Source of the DNA: Bacteroidales bacterium
GTDB taxonomy: Bacteria; Bacteroidota; Bacteroidia; Bacteroidales; UBA10428
Length of the DNA: 64,000 bases
Direction of reading: 5' to 3'
NCBI GenBank assembly: GCA_016935615.1
Contig: JAFGQO010000052.1
Location: 30,175 to 94,174, forward strand
This document shows, piece by piece, positions 37,183 through 47,429 of this stretch. A program made the translations under genes and the position numbers. The notes beneath the pieces are model-generated. The model was not told where the DNA came from and ran no database searches. It saw only the letters and a program-made list of their open reading frames with translations. Position 1 is the stretch's first letter; each line of letters starts with the position of its first letter.

Positions 37183-37403
37183 TTATTCAAAGAATTTGAT
37201 ATTGTATGCGGCAAAACCACAGATACATTTTAATTAACTGGCAATAAAAACTAAAAAATCTGATACTCGTTATTTCAATTGGTTTAACCTTATATTGAAT
37301 TGATTGTGTGAGTGAAGAGTCCTTCTCCGTTCCGGTAACCCATAACTTCGGTGGATAAAAGAGAAACAGAGTGAGAATGACTCACTCTCACTCTGTTTTT
37401 ATG

Positions 37404-37468
37404 TGGTAGCACCTGGAATCGTCCCGACTGTGTCACCTGACCAGTCGGGACAGGGACACACGGATTTT
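37404..37468 (-). pseudogene. Relic 3' half of tRNA-Phe (positions 35-73) disrupted by a 30-nt palindromic replacement in the T-arm
   Basis: A 41-nt perfect direct repeat of 37850-37890 lies at 37381-37421 (CTCACTCTCACTCTGTTTTTATGTGGTAGCACCTGGAATCG). Homology then resumes (AGGGACACACGGATTTT) and stops inside the anticodon. The original downstream terminator hairpin (CAGAGTGAG/CTCACTCTG, about 37367-37393) is retained. Confidence 0.75.
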
Positions 37469-37755
37469 TACGAATATTTTTCCTCTAGTCGCTTTAAAAA
37501 TTCCGGCTTGTTTTTCAGGTTTTCTATATATTTCCGGCTTTTCATGTTCTTAATATATTTTTCAATCTTGCGTGCCTGAATTCTGTCTCGACAGGAAATC
37601 ATCAAATATAGTTCCCAATCGCTCACTTTTGAGGTATAGGCATTTTTAAAAAATCCGGTATTATGCATTCGTATCCTTTCCTCTAAATTTTCTGTTTCTC
37701 CTATGTAATATTTATCAAGCAACGGACTGTACAGGATGTAACAAGCGTATTTCAT
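37468..37755 (-). CDS. Small GIY-YIG nuclease family protein (URI-domain, COG2827-like), 95 aa
   Basis: The ATG at 37755 gives MKYACYILYSPLLDKYYIGETENLEERIRMHN, with the GIY...YIG motifs. The 49-codon N-terminal extension in the track ORF overlaps the tRNA-Phe gene and is rejected. The TAA stop abuts the relic tRNA half. Confidence 0.8.
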   Translation of the reverse strand: MKYACYILYSPLLDKYYIGETENLEERIRMHNTGFFKNAYTSKVSDWELYLMISCRDRIQARKIEKYIKNMKSRKYIENLKNKPEFLKRLEEKYS

Positions 37756-37872
37756 TTTTATTAAGACCGGTTTAAAATATAACGTCGGCTTCCCACACCA
37801 AAATCCTACAGAGGATAATAAAAAAAGTGAAAGTAACTTGCTCTTGCTCCTCACTCTCACTCTGTTTTTATG

Positions 37873-37945
<73 letters not shown>

Positions 37946-38083
37946 ATTATTCTATTTCAAACTGCTTGCATTTCTCCGTCTGCCGTCAATCTACCAATCC
38001 CGAAAATCTTACAACATTCCTGTTGTTTAGATTTTCGAGGACTCTCGAAAAACTATGAAATCAAAGATTTCCGGTTTTTCGGA

Positions 38084-38099
38084 GCTGAGCTATGCCACC
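38084..38099 (-). pseudogene. Orphan fragment matching the 5' end (acceptor/D-arm) of tRNA-Phe
   Basis: GCTGAGCTATGCCACC matches 37930-37945 at 15 of 16 positions. The adjoining sequence cannot fold into a cloverleaf. Confidence 0.4.
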
Positions 38100-38308
38100 T
38101 TTTTATCAAGCGCTGCAAATCTATACAAAAAAAAGTGTTTCACAAAACGGAAATACCATTAAAATTGAACGCTGTGACTGCATGAATTGTACCTGAATAT
38201 CTTTACAAAGGCTTTAATTTACAATCACTTATATAATTGAAATAATTCGTTAGGAATAACAATATCATTTCATAATTTTGTAACTCTTTTTTATTCAGAT
38301 CAGGGGAA

Positions 38309-39535
38309 ATGGAATATTATACACATGTTTTACAAAATGGTATTCGATTGATTCATCAACCTGTAAATTCACCTGTTGCACATTGCGGAATATTTATAAA
38401 CACCGGATCGAGAGATGAACTTGAAAATCAGCATGGCATGGCCCACCTTATTGAACACCTTATCTTTAAGGGCACAAAAAAAAGAAAAGCATATCATATC
38501 CTTAGCCGGATGGAAGATGTCGGAGGAGAAATGAATGCTTACACTACAAAAGAAGAAACCTGTATCTACACTACCTTTTTTAACAATTATTATTCCAGGG
38601 CATTTGATTTGCTCTCAGATGTATTGTTTTATTCTGTCTTTCCACAGAAAGAAATCGTAAAAGAAAAAGAGGTCATTATCGATGAAATAAATTCATACAA
38701 AGATTCCCCTACCGACCAGATATATGACGATTTTGAAGAACTGGTTTTTAACACAAACCCGATTGCAAGAAACATTCTTGGTACCAAAAAAGCTCTGAAT
38801 TCCTATACAAGAAATGATATTATTGATTTTGTAATGAGCAATTATGCAACCAATGAAATTGTAGTCTCAAGTGTTAGCAGTGTTTCCTTTCCGCGTATCC
38901 TGAAATACTTTATGAAACATTTCTCAAATGTTGATCAGGTAGAACGGAAAAAAATCCGGAACGAATACAATTTCAGATCGTATCAGCCATTGCACAGAAA
39001 GAATAAAAAAAATACCTACCAGACACATTGTATTATCGGCAATCAGACATACAGCAACAAAGATGAAAGAAGATATGCAATGCATTTGCTTAACAATCTT
39101 CTGGGAGGCCCCGGAATGAACTCACGTTTGAATATGACACTGCGCGAGAAAAAAGGTCTGGCTTACAACATTGAATCGAACTATTCAACATATTCGGATG
39201 TTGGAATATTCCAAGTCTATTTCGGGACTGATACAAAGCATTTGAATCAATGCATTGATCTGATCCATTCCGATTTTAAAAAATTAAAAGAACAAAAACT
39301 GGGAACAGTTCAGTTGTCGAAGGCAAAGAGACAACTGATCGGACAAATAGCCATAGCCGCGGAACATAACGAGAATCAAATGTTGGCCAACGGACGCAGT
39401 ATGATATTGTTTGACAAAGTTTACCCGTTTCATGAAGTTGCACAAAAAATAGAAAATATTACATCCAATGAAATCAGAGAAATTGCAAATGAAGTACTTA
39501 TCCCTCATCAGCTTTCATCTTTGGTGTTTTACTAA
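38309..39535 (+). CDS. M16 (pitrilysin/insulinase) family zinc peptidase
   Basis: 408 aa. The inverted zinc motif HxxEH lies in GMAHLIEHLIFKG. Confidence 0.85.
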   Translation: MEYYTHVLQNGIRLIHQPVNSPVAHCGIFINTGSRDELENQHGMAHLIEHLIFKGTKKRKAYHILSRMEDVGGEMNAYTTKEETCIYTTFFNNYYSRAFDLLSDVLFYSVFPQKEIVKEKEVIIDEINSYKDSPTDQIYDDFEELVFNTNPIARNILGTKKALNSYTRNDIIDFVMSNYATNEIVVSSVSSVSFPRILKYFMKHFSNVDQVERKKIRNEYNFRSYQPLHRKNKKNTYQTHCIIGNQTYSNKDERRYAMHLLNNLLGGPGMNSRLNMTLREKKGLAYNIESNYSTYSDVGIFQVYFGTDTKHLNQCIDLIHSDFKKLKEQKLGTVQLSKAKRQLIGQIAIAAEHNENQMLANGRSMILFDKVYPFHEVAQKIENITSNEIREIANEVLIPHQLSSLVFY

Positions 39536-39541
39536 TTTGTT

Positions 39542-40183
39542 ATGGACAACAATAATCCTTTGATAGAAAAGTATATTTTCTCTTATTCCACACCAGAGAA
39601 TGAAATTCTTGCTGAACTTACCCGTGAAACAAACCTGAAGGCAATATATCCCAGGATGCTTTCAGGACCACTTCTCGGTAAATTCCTTGAGTTTGTCTCC
39701 TATATGATAAAACCCAGATACATACTCGAGATCGGTACATTTACAGGATACTCTGCTATATGCCTTGCAAAAGGTCTATCTGAAGATGGCAGATTAATTA
39801 CCATCGAAAAAAACGATGAACTGAACAGATACTCAAAAAAATCTTTTCAGAAAGCAGGTCTTTCTGAAAAGATTGATCTTATCACAGGCAATGCCAAAGA
39901 AATAATACCAGCACTTAACATGCAATTTGATCTGGTATTTATTGATGCCGATAAACAGGAATACGTTGATTATTATACATTGTGTTTTGATAAAATCAAT
40001 CCTGGCGGATTTATTCTTGCAGACAATGTACTGTGGGATGGAAAAGTAGTGGATAATTCAAAATACCATGACAAGGAGACAAAAGGGATTATTGCATTTA
40101 ATGAGCTGATAAAAAACGACATACGTGTCGAAAATATAATTATCCCTTTCCGTGACGGGATCAGTATTATCAGAAAAATCTGA
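39542..40183 (+). CDS. Class I SAM-dependent O-methyltransferase (caffeoyl-CoA OMT-like)
   Basis: 213 aa. ILEIGTFTGYSA is SAM motif I, and FDLVFIDADK and GG.I..DNVLW are typical of the family. Confidence 0.8.
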   Translation: MDNNNPLIEKYIFSYSTPENEILAELTRETNLKAIYPRMLSGPLLGKFLEFVSYMIKPRYILEIGTFTGYSAICLAKGLSEDGRLITIEKNDELNRYSKKSFQKAGLSEKIDLITGNAKEIIPALNMQFDLVFIDADKQEYVDYYTLCFDKINPGGFILADNVLWDGKVVDNSKYHDKETKGIIAFNELIKNDIRVENIIIPFRDGISIIRKI

Positions 40184-40273
40184 TACTGTGTAAACAAACT
40201 TTCCAATTTTCATGTTTAAGCAGTGATTGTTTTTATATAATACTAATTTTAGGGTTAAAACGAAAAAAATCCC

Positions 40274-41164
40274 ATGGCAAATTATTCCATACGAGATCTT
40301 GAGCGGCTTACAGGCATTAAAGCTCATACAATTCGCATATGGGAAAAACGATACGGGCTCATCGATCCTGAAAGAACCTCAACAAATATTCGGGCGTATT
40401 GTGATTCTGATCTGAAAAAATTATTGAACATTTCTATTTTAAATAAGAATGGATTTAAAATTTCCAAAATAGCCCGGTTATCACCCTTTGAAATTGTTGA
40501 TATTATCAACAGGCTTTCTGAACATTCCACTGATTCCGAAAGCCTGATTGAAAACCTTACCCTTGCAATGATTGATCTTGATGAATACAAATTTGAAAAA
40601 ACACTGTCCAAAGCAATTATCCAACTTGGATTTGAAAATACTGTAATAAGAATCCTCAATCCATTCCTTTTTCGAATTGGGATCATGTGGCAGACAGGCT
40701 CCATAAATTCCGCCCAGGAACATTTTGTTTCCAATTTATTAAAACAAAAAATGTTTGTTGCCATTGACGGTCAAATCGGAGATCACTTCCCCGACGGAAA
40801 AACATTTGTACTTTTTCTTCCTGAAGGAGAAATGCATGAAATGAGTCTCTTTTTTGCAAATTATCTTATCAGAAAAAGAGGGCACAAAGTAATCTATCTC
40901 GGACAAAGTGTTCCTTTGAATGATCTGGTTGAAATCAGTAATATTTGCAATCCCGATTATTTTCTTACTTCCTTTATTACTTCAATGTCAGATTGCGATG
41001 TTTTCAATTATCTGATAAGCATTACAAAACAATTTCCGGAAAAAATATTTTTTGTTACAGGAAATCAGGCATCAGGCTTAAAAAATGATTTTCCAGGCAA
41101 CGCATTCTTTATTAGTTCTCCTCAGGAACTTATCCTTCAACTGGATTCGATTTCAACCAAATAA
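40274..41164 (+). CDS. MerR-family transcriptional regulator with a C-terminal B12-binding-domain-like region
   Basis: The N-terminal MerR HTH is YSIRDLERLTGIKAHTIRIWEKRYGL. The C-terminal Rossmann-like segment (FVLFLPEGEMHEMSLFFANYLIRKRGHKVIYLG) resembles CarH/LitR but deviates from the canonical DxHxxG. Confidence 0.65.
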   Translation: MANYSIRDLERLTGIKAHTIRIWEKRYGLIDPERTSTNIRAYCDSDLKKLLNISILNKNGFKISKIARLSPFEIVDIINRLSEHSTDSESLIENLTLAMIDLDEYKFEKTLSKAIIQLGFENTVIRILNPFLFRIGIMWQTGSINSAQEHFVSNLLKQKMFVAIDGQIGDHFPDGKTFVLFLPEGEMHEMSLFFANYLIRKRGHKVIYLGQSVPLNDLVEISNICNPDYFLTSFITSMSDCDVFNYLISITKQFPEKIFFVTGNQASGLKNDFPGNAFFISSPQELILQLDSISTK

Positions 41165-41539
41165 TTCCTCATTTGCCATTTTATCCTTCCGGATGCAATA
41201 GCTGTGGCTGTATATACAATCCATTTTGAGATGGAAACCGGACAGTCCGTTTAGAAAAACACAACAAATTCAAAAATCAAATGTACAGAATATATGTTTA
41301 ATCATTTAATCGTTTTATTAAACATAATTAATTCTATCAATTGCTATTTATATACTATTTAGAATGTTTCTTAATAAACCTTCTATGTTTATTATTATTC
41401 TTTGTTTTTATCAACAGACCTTATTTAAAATAGAGCTTTTTTAGAGGATATTCAAGGTGTTTGCGTTTTGATATATGTTTAAGTTATGTTTAATTTTGTT
41501 AAACATTTTGATAATGTATCAACAATAAAAATTAAGCAT

Positions 41540-42049
41540 ATGACAGCAATTGAATTCAACTACCGGCTGACAAATCTTTCAGGGAATCTGGAAAGATTTG
41601 CAAGGAGTCTGACATCCAATACGGAAGATGCAAAAGACTTGCTTCAGGAAACATTTGCAAAAGCTATAACATACCGTGATAAATTTGAAGAAAATACCAA
41701 TCTGAAAGCCTGGACTTTCACAATTATGAAAAACACCTTTATTAACAATTATCGGCGTAATGTGAAAGCCAATACAACATTTGATAATACGGAAGATTTG
41801 TATTACCTGAATCTGAACCGGGAATCATCTTTTGAAACCCCGGAATCTGAATTTTCGGTGAAAGAAATTCAAAAGAAAATCGATGAGCTAAGTAATGAGT
41901 TTAAAGAACCATTCCTTATGCATACTCAGGGTTACAAATACAAAGAAATTGCCGATAAACTCAATTTAAAGATCGGTACTGTGAAGAGTCGTATTTTTTT
42001 CACACGTAAGAAATTAATGACGAAACTTAAAGATTTCAATTTTAATTGA
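41540..42049 (+). CDS. ECF-type RNA polymerase sigma-70 factor
   Basis: ATG at 41540 (MTAIEF...). Region 2 is DLLQETFAKA....F......KAW.FTIMKN.FIN.YRR. The region 4 HTH is GYKYKEIADKLNLKIGTVKSRIF. Confidence 0.85.
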   Translation: MTAIEFNYRLTNLSGNLERFARSLTSNTEDAKDLLQETFAKAITYRDKFEENTNLKAWTFTIMKNTFINNYRRNVKANTTFDNTEDLYYLNLNRESSFETPESEFSVKEIQKKIDELSNEFKEPFLMHTQGYKYKEIADKLNLKIGTVKSRIFFTRKKLMTKLKDFNFN

Positions 42050-42810
42050 TACTCTTCAGTTCCAGTCATTATAATAAAACCGATACAAAAGTGAATATTC
42101 AAAACAATATAGCAAAATCGACGGATCCGGTAAATCCTGAACAATTCAATGAATTTTTAAGAATAATCGGAGATCATCCTGTTGAAAAAGGCAAAAATAC
42201 ACCACTGCGTGAAGATGCCTTCATATTGGATGATGAGTTGAAAATCAAAAAAATAGAATGGCATTTTAAGGAGATAATGGCAATCCTCGGTTTGGACCTG
42301 ACTGATGATAGTCTTAAAAATACGCCGCTTCGAGTAGCCAGTATGTATGTAAATGAAATATTCAGTGGGTTGAATCCTAAAAACAAGCCGCAGGTTACTC
42401 TATTTGAAAATAAATACACCTATAATCAAATGCTTGTTGAAAAAGACATTAGGGTCAATTCCTATTGCGAGCATCATTTTGTTCCTATCATAGGAAAAGC
42501 TCATGTAGCATACTTCTCAAATGGTCATGTAATCGGTTTATCCAAAATAAACCGCATTGTGGATCATTTTGCAAAACGTCCTCAGGTTCAGGAACGTTTA
42601 ACGGAACAGATTGCAGAAGAACTTATGCAGGTTCTTAAAACAGATAATGTTGCTGTTCTTGTTGAAGCTGAACACATGTGTGTATCCATTCGTGGGATCA
42701 AGGATCCTGGAAGCTCAACGACCACAAGTAGTTACCATGGAAAATTCCTGGACAGAGATTTCAGGAACGAATTCCTTACATACATATCCGGCAATATGAA
42801 ACGAACATGA
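42046..42810 (+). CDS. folE: GTP cyclohydrolase I
   Basis: The core motifs NTP.R.A.MY..E.F.G....SYCEHH..P..G.AHVAY....V.GLSK..R.V..FA.RPQVQERLT.QIA are present. The start is uncertain: TTG at 42046 overlaps the sigma stop, with an alternative in-frame GTG at 42091. Confidence 0.85.
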   Translation: MILFSSSHYNKTDTKVNIQNNIAKSTDPVNPEQFNEFLRIIGDHPVEKGKNTPLREDAFILDDELKIKKIEWHFKEIMAILGLDLTDDSLKNTPLRVASMYVNEIFSGLNPKNKPQVTLFENKYTYNQMLVEKDIRVNSYCEHHFVPIIGKAHVAYFSNGHVIGLSKINRIVDHFAKRPQVQERLTEQIAEELMQVLKTDNVAVLVEAEHMCVSIRGIKDPGSSTTTSSYHGKFLDRDFRNEFLTYISGNMKRT

Positions 42811-42991
42811 AAGGGATAAACAAATGAAATAAATTGTCATGGATCGTTGTTCAGAAAAAAAGGGGTGTAAACAGTACAGTCCTTTTTTTATTTTCTTATC
42901 TGTTTTTACTTTCATGACACGCATTAATCATTAGGCTTTCTTTCCGTATTATTATTATTTATATTTTTGCAGCACGAATTGATTCATTCAC

Positions 42992-44158
42992 ATGAGTAAG
43001 ACATTACGGTACGGACAAAGAGGAGTTTCAACACAGAAAGAAGATGTATACAAAGCCATAGATGACTTTGACAAGGGCTTATTTCCAAACGCATTTTGTA
43101 AGGTATTGCCCGATTTCTTAACCGGCAATCCCAAATATTGCACAATAATGCATGCAGATGGTGCAGGCACCAAATCTTCCCTGGCTTATGTTTATTGGAG
43201 AGAGACTCTCGATCTAAGTGTCTGGAAAGGCATTGCACAGGATGCTATTGTAATGAACCTTGATGATCTGCTTTGTGTAGGTGCTACTTCAGATATTTTA
43301 CTCTCGTCAACAATAGGAAGAAACAAACTTAAGATTCCCGGTGATATCATCATGTATATTCTCCGCGGATTTGATGAATTCATTTCACATCTTTCAAATT
43401 ACGGTGTGCATATCTTTCTTACAGGCGGAGAAACGGCTGACATTGGAGATTTGGTCAGGACAATAGTTGTAGACTCAACGGTAACCTGTCGCATGAAACG
43501 CACCGAAATTATTGAAAATAAAATTCAGGCAGGAGATGTAATTGTCGGATTATCCTCTTATGGGCAGGCAAGCTATGAATATGAATACAATAGTGGCATT
43601 GGCAGCAACGGGCTCACTTCTGCCCGGCACGATATGTTTAGCAATCATATTGCTTCAAAATACCCTGAAAGCTATGACGACCTTATTCCATCTTCACTGG
43701 TTTATACCGGCAGATATTCGCTTACTGAAAAAATTAACGGATTAAATATCGAAGCCGGCAAATTAGTCCTTTCCCCTACCAGAACGTATGCTCCAATCAT
43801 TATTAAAGTCCTTCATGAGATAAGACCCTATATCAATGGGATGATACACTGTTCCGGAGGTGCACAAACAAAAGTGATGAAATATATTAAAAATCTTCAT
43901 GTAATAAAAGACAATATGTTTCAGGTACCTCCGCTATTCAAAGTGATACAAAAACAATCCGGAACCGATTGGAAAGAAATGTACGAAGTTTTCAATATGG
44001 GACACCGCTTTGAGATATATCTCCCGGAAAAATATGCTCAGATTATCATTGATATCTCAAAAAGTTATAATGTAGATGCTCAAATTCTTGGAAGAGTTGA
44101 AAACTTTAATGGCAAAAAATTAACAATCAAAAGTGAATTCGGAGAATTTGTGTATTGA
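42992..44158 (+). CDS. purM: AIR synthase-related protein (phosphoribosylformylglycinamidine cyclo-ligase-like)
   Basis: 388 aa. HADGAGTK, GGETAD and GLSS.G....SNGLTSAR correspond to PurM motifs. Confidence 0.6.
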   Translation: MSKTLRYGQRGVSTQKEDVYKAIDDFDKGLFPNAFCKVLPDFLTGNPKYCTIMHADGAGTKSSLAYVYWRETLDLSVWKGIAQDAIVMNLDDLLCVGATSDILLSSTIGRNKLKIPGDIIMYILRGFDEFISHLSNYGVHIFLTGGETADIGDLVRTIVVDSTVTCRMKRTEIIENKIQAGDVIVGLSSYGQASYEYEYNSGIGSNGLTSARHDMFSNHIASKYPESYDDLIPSSLVYTGRYSLTEKINGLNIEAGKLVLSPTRTYAPIIIKVLHEIRPYINGMIHCSGGAQTKVMKYIKNLHVIKDNMFQVPPLFKVIQKQSGTDWKEMYEVFNMGHRFEIYLPEKYAQIIIDISKSYNVDAQILGRVENFNGKKLTIKSEFGEFVY

Positions 44159-44161
44159 TTT

Positions 44162-45259
44162 ATGATAGCGATGGCAGAAAATTTAATATTACAGAAATTA
44201 CAGGGTGTAAAAACCCGGTTTGAAGAAGTGGGTTATCTAATTACACAACCTGATATCATTAATGATATGAAGCGTTATGTGCAATTGAACAAAGAATACA
44301 AAAGTCTTGAACCCGTAGTGAATGCATACAACGAATACAAAAATCTATTAAGCAATATCGCAAATGCAAAAGATATTTTAGCCACGGAGAAAGATGAAGA
44401 AATGCGTGAAATGGCCAAGGAGGAACTTGATTCACTGATTGAAAAGGTAAGTCCTCTTGAAGCAAAGATAAAGATCCTGTTGTTGCCGGCAGATCCTGAG
44501 GATGATAAAAATGCGGTTTTGGAAATCCGGGCAGGAACAGGTGGTGATGAAGCCAGTATTTTTGCCGGTGATTTATTGCGCATGTATACAAAATTCTTCG
44601 AAACAAAAGGATGGAAAACAGAGGTCAGCAATTTCACCGAAGGAACAGTCGGAGGATATAAGGAAATCATTCTAAACGTGAGTGGAGATGGAGTTTATGG
44701 AATACTTAAATACGAATCAGGTGTTCACCGTGTACAAAGAGTCCCTCAGACAGAAACCCAGGGACGGGTGCATACTTCGGCCGCCACCGTAGCAGTGCTT
44801 CCCGAAGCAGATGAATTTGACATAGAGATCAAAAGTGAGGATATTAAAAGAGATGAATATTGCTCTTCCGGACCAGGCGGGCAGTCTGTGAACACTACTT
44901 ATTCAGCGATAAGACTCACACACATTCCAACAGGTATAGTGGTTACCTGTCAGGATCAAAAATCCAAATTAAAGAATCTTGACAAAGCAATGGCTGAACT
45001 CCGAACCAGATTGTATGACCTGGAATATCAGAAATACCTTGATGATATCTCATTAAAAAGAAAAACCATGGTATCGACCGGTGATCGTTCAGCAAAAATA
45101 AGAACTTACAACTATCCTCAGGGACGGGTCACTGATCACCGGATAAACCTGACGTTGTATAATTTACACAGCATCATCAACGGGGATATTCAGGAATTAA
45201 TTGATAAATTGCAGATGGCTGAAAATGCTGAGCGATTGAAAGCAAGCGGATTGAACTAA
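44162..45259 (+). CDS. prfA: Peptide chain release factor 1
   Basis: [25 protein letters not shown] carries the RF1-type PxT tripeptide. The GGQ motif lies in [11 protein letters not shown]. Confidence 0.92.
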   Translation: MIAMAENLILQKLQGVKTRFEEVGYLITQPDIINDMKRYVQLNKEYKSLEPVVNAYNEYKNLLSNIANAKDILATEKDEEMREMAKEELDSLIEKVSPLEAKIKILLLPADPEDDKNAVLEIRAGTGGDEASIFAGDLLRMYTKFFETKGWKTEVSNFTEGTVGGYKEIILNVSGDGVYGILKYESGVHRVQRVPQTETQGRVHTSAATVAVLPEADEFDIEIKSEDIKRDEYCSSGPGGQSVNTTYSAIRLTHIPTGIVVTCQDQKSKLKNLDKAMAELRTRLYDLEYQKYLDDISLKRKTMVSTGDRSAKIRTYNYPQGRVTDHRINLTLYNLHSIINGDIQELIDKLQMAENAERLKASGLN

Positions 45260-45267
45260 TATACACC

Positions 45268-46098
45268 ATGAATTCAGAAACACTGTTTTCCAATATTAAG
45301 AAAAAGAAAAGCTACCTCTGCATCGGACTCGATTCCGCTATAGAAAAAATACCTTCCTGTCTTTCAACATCGAAACGGGTCGTATTTGACTTTAACAAAG
45401 AAATTGTTGATGCTACTGCCCAATATGCTGTGGCATACAAACCCAATCTTGCATTTTATGAAAGTCGTGGAGTAAAAGGCTGGTCCGAGCTTGAACTCAC
45501 GGTTGATTATATAAAAAGTAACCATCCCGATATTTTCCTTATTGCAGATGCTAAACGAGGTGATATTGGTAATACTTCGGCAATGTATGCGAAAGCATTT
45601 TTTGAAACTATGAAGTTTGATGCTGTCACTGTTGCGCCTTACATGGGAAAAGATTCTGTTCAGCCTTTTTTGAGTTTTACAGATAAATACGTAATAATTC
45701 TTGCTCTTACCTCAAATCAAAGTGCTGCCGATTTTCAATACTTTTCGTCAAAAAAAAACAAACCTCTTTTCAGTGAAGTAATTGATGTATCAAAAAAATG
45801 GGGAAATAAAGACAATACCATGTATGTGGTAGGTGCAACAAAAGCTTCAATGTTAGCACTGATTCGCCAACAAATCCCTGATCATTTTTTATTAGTGCCA
45901 GGAATAGGAGTACAGGGCGGTGATCTTAATGAAGTATCCGAATACGGTATAAACAAACAATGCGGATTGCTTATCAATGCTTCACGATCAGTCATTTTCG
46001 CCGGAAATCAAAAAGATTTTGCGGTAAAAGCAGCTGAGGAGGCTAAGAATATTCAGTCAGAAATGGAAAAAATTCTTACTATAAAAGGATTGCTATAA
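45268..46098 (+). CDS. pyrF: Orotidine 5'-phosphate decarboxylase (type 2)
   Basis: 276 aa. LCIGLD, YKPN.AFYE and IADAKRGDIGNT are conserved OMPdecase type 2 motifs. Confidence 0.85.
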   Translation: MNSETLFSNIKKKKSYLCIGLDSAIEKIPSCLSTSKRVVFDFNKEIVDATAQYAVAYKPNLAFYESRGVKGWSELELTVDYIKSNHPDIFLIADAKRGDIGNTSAMYAKAFFETMKFDAVTVAPYMGKDSVQPFLSFTDKYVIILALTSNQSAADFQYFSSKKNKPLFSEVIDVSKKWGNKDNTMYVVGATKASMLALIRQQIPDHFLLVPGIGVQGGDLNEVSEYGINKQCGLLINASRSVIFAGNQKDFAVKAAEEAKNIQSEMEKILTIKGLL

Positions 46099-46154
46099 AA
46101 TTTTCATTTTTGCCTGTATTATCTATCTTTATCGGAATCAACCCTAACGTTAAT

Positions 46155-47429
46155 ATGCAAGAAGCCTTATTACAATACATCTGGAAACATTCCTTTTTTG
46201 AAAACAAAGAATATCTTGCTGATACAAATGAAAAGGTCATTGTTCTCGACCCGGGAACACAAAACCATGACAGTGGTCCGGATTTTATCAACGCCAAAAT
46301 GAGAATTGATGGTACATTATGGGCAGGAAATGTGGAAATACATTTGAAGTCGTCCGACTGGAAAGCTCACAAACACAATACAAATCCGGCTTACGACAAT
46401 GTAATACTGCATATTGCACAAAATATAGATACCGGTTGTTTTAATACCATAAACAGAAGAATTCCCTGCATCTCCTTAATCCCTGATAACAAAATTACAG
46501 AAAGATATTACCAGCTAATGGAAGAAGAGGAACTTATCAGGTGTTTCAAATCAATAAAAAGACTTGATAAATCACTACTTTCCTTCTGGTTAAGTTCATT
46601 GGCAATTGAACGACTTCAAAACAAAACCGATACAATAAAAAACGTATTGAAATTTGCAAAAAACAACTGGGAAGAAGCATTTTATATAACCATCGCAAGA
46701 AGTCTCGGTTTAAAAGTCAATGCTTCACCATTTGAAATGCTTGCGAAAACAGTTCCGCTGAAGATCCTTACAAAACTGAGAAACAATACTTTTCAAATTG
46801 AAGCCTTGCTCTTTGGGCAAGCAGGATTTCTAACGATATCCTGCAGAGATGAATATTTTTTAAATCTTAAAAAAGAATACACCTATTTAAAAAGGAAATT
46901 TCAATTGAAAGAAATAAAAATGCACTTATGGAAATTTCTCAGACTCAGACCATCCAACTTCCCGACTCTCAGAATTGCTGAATTCAGCTCATTGCTTTCC
47001 CGTTCGGATAATTTATTCTCAAAAACACTTGCCTGTGAGAACCCTGAACAAATACGCGCATTATACAGGTCGAAAGCAAGTACTTATTGGGATACCCATT
47101 ATATGTTTGGAAATGAATCAGAGTTTAGCATTAAATCTATGGGAGACAAAACGATAGATACAATGATAATAAATACAATCGTTCCCTTTATGTTTGTATA
47201 TGCTGAAGTAAAGAACAATGAGAGGTACAAGACGAAAGCCTTACGTTTTTTAGAACAAATCAAACCGGAGAATAACAAAATTATCAAAATATGGAATAAA
47301 TTAGATGTTAAATGTCGGCATGCAGCCGATAGTCAGGCATTATTGCAACTTACCAATTTTTATTGCAAAAAAAAACGTTGTCTTGAATGCCAGATTGGTC
47401 ATTTAGTATTAAAGAAAAACAATACATGA
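46155..47429 (+). CDS. DUF2851-family protein
   Basis: The ATG at 46155 gives MQEALLQYIWKH..F....L.T.....V.V.DPG..N.D.GPDF..AK..I....WAGNVEIH...SDW..H.H, as recalled for DUF2851. Confidence 0.6.
   Translation: MQEALLQYIWKHSFFENKEYLADTNEKVIVLDPGTQNHDSGPDFINAKMRIDGTLWAGNVEIHLKSSDWKAHKHNTNPAYDNVILHIAQNIDTGCFNTINRRIPCISLIPDNKITERYYQLMEEEELIRCFKSIKRLDKSLLSFWLSSLAIERLQNKTDTIKNVLKFAKNNWEEAFYITIARSLGLKVNASPFEMLAKTVPLKILTKLRNNTFQIEALLFGQAGFLTISCRDEYFLNLKKEYTYLKRKFQLKEIKMHLWKFLRLRPSNFPTLRIAEFSSLLSRSDNLFSKTLACENPEQIRALYRSKASTYWDTHYMFGNESEFSIKSMGDKTIDTMIINTIVPFMFVYAEVKNNERYKTKALRFLEQIKPENNKIIKIWNKLDVKCRHAADSQALLQLTNFYCKKKRCLECQIGHLVLKKNNT

Noticed and set aside
36903-37199. 98-aa ORF between tracrRNA and the tRNA relic, considered as a candidate small Cas-associated or anti-CRISPR protein
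   Set aside because: Its central part is the translation of three perfect 8-bp hairpins, and there is no plausible start context. It is more likely a structured repeat or ncRNA, reported as such in the findings.
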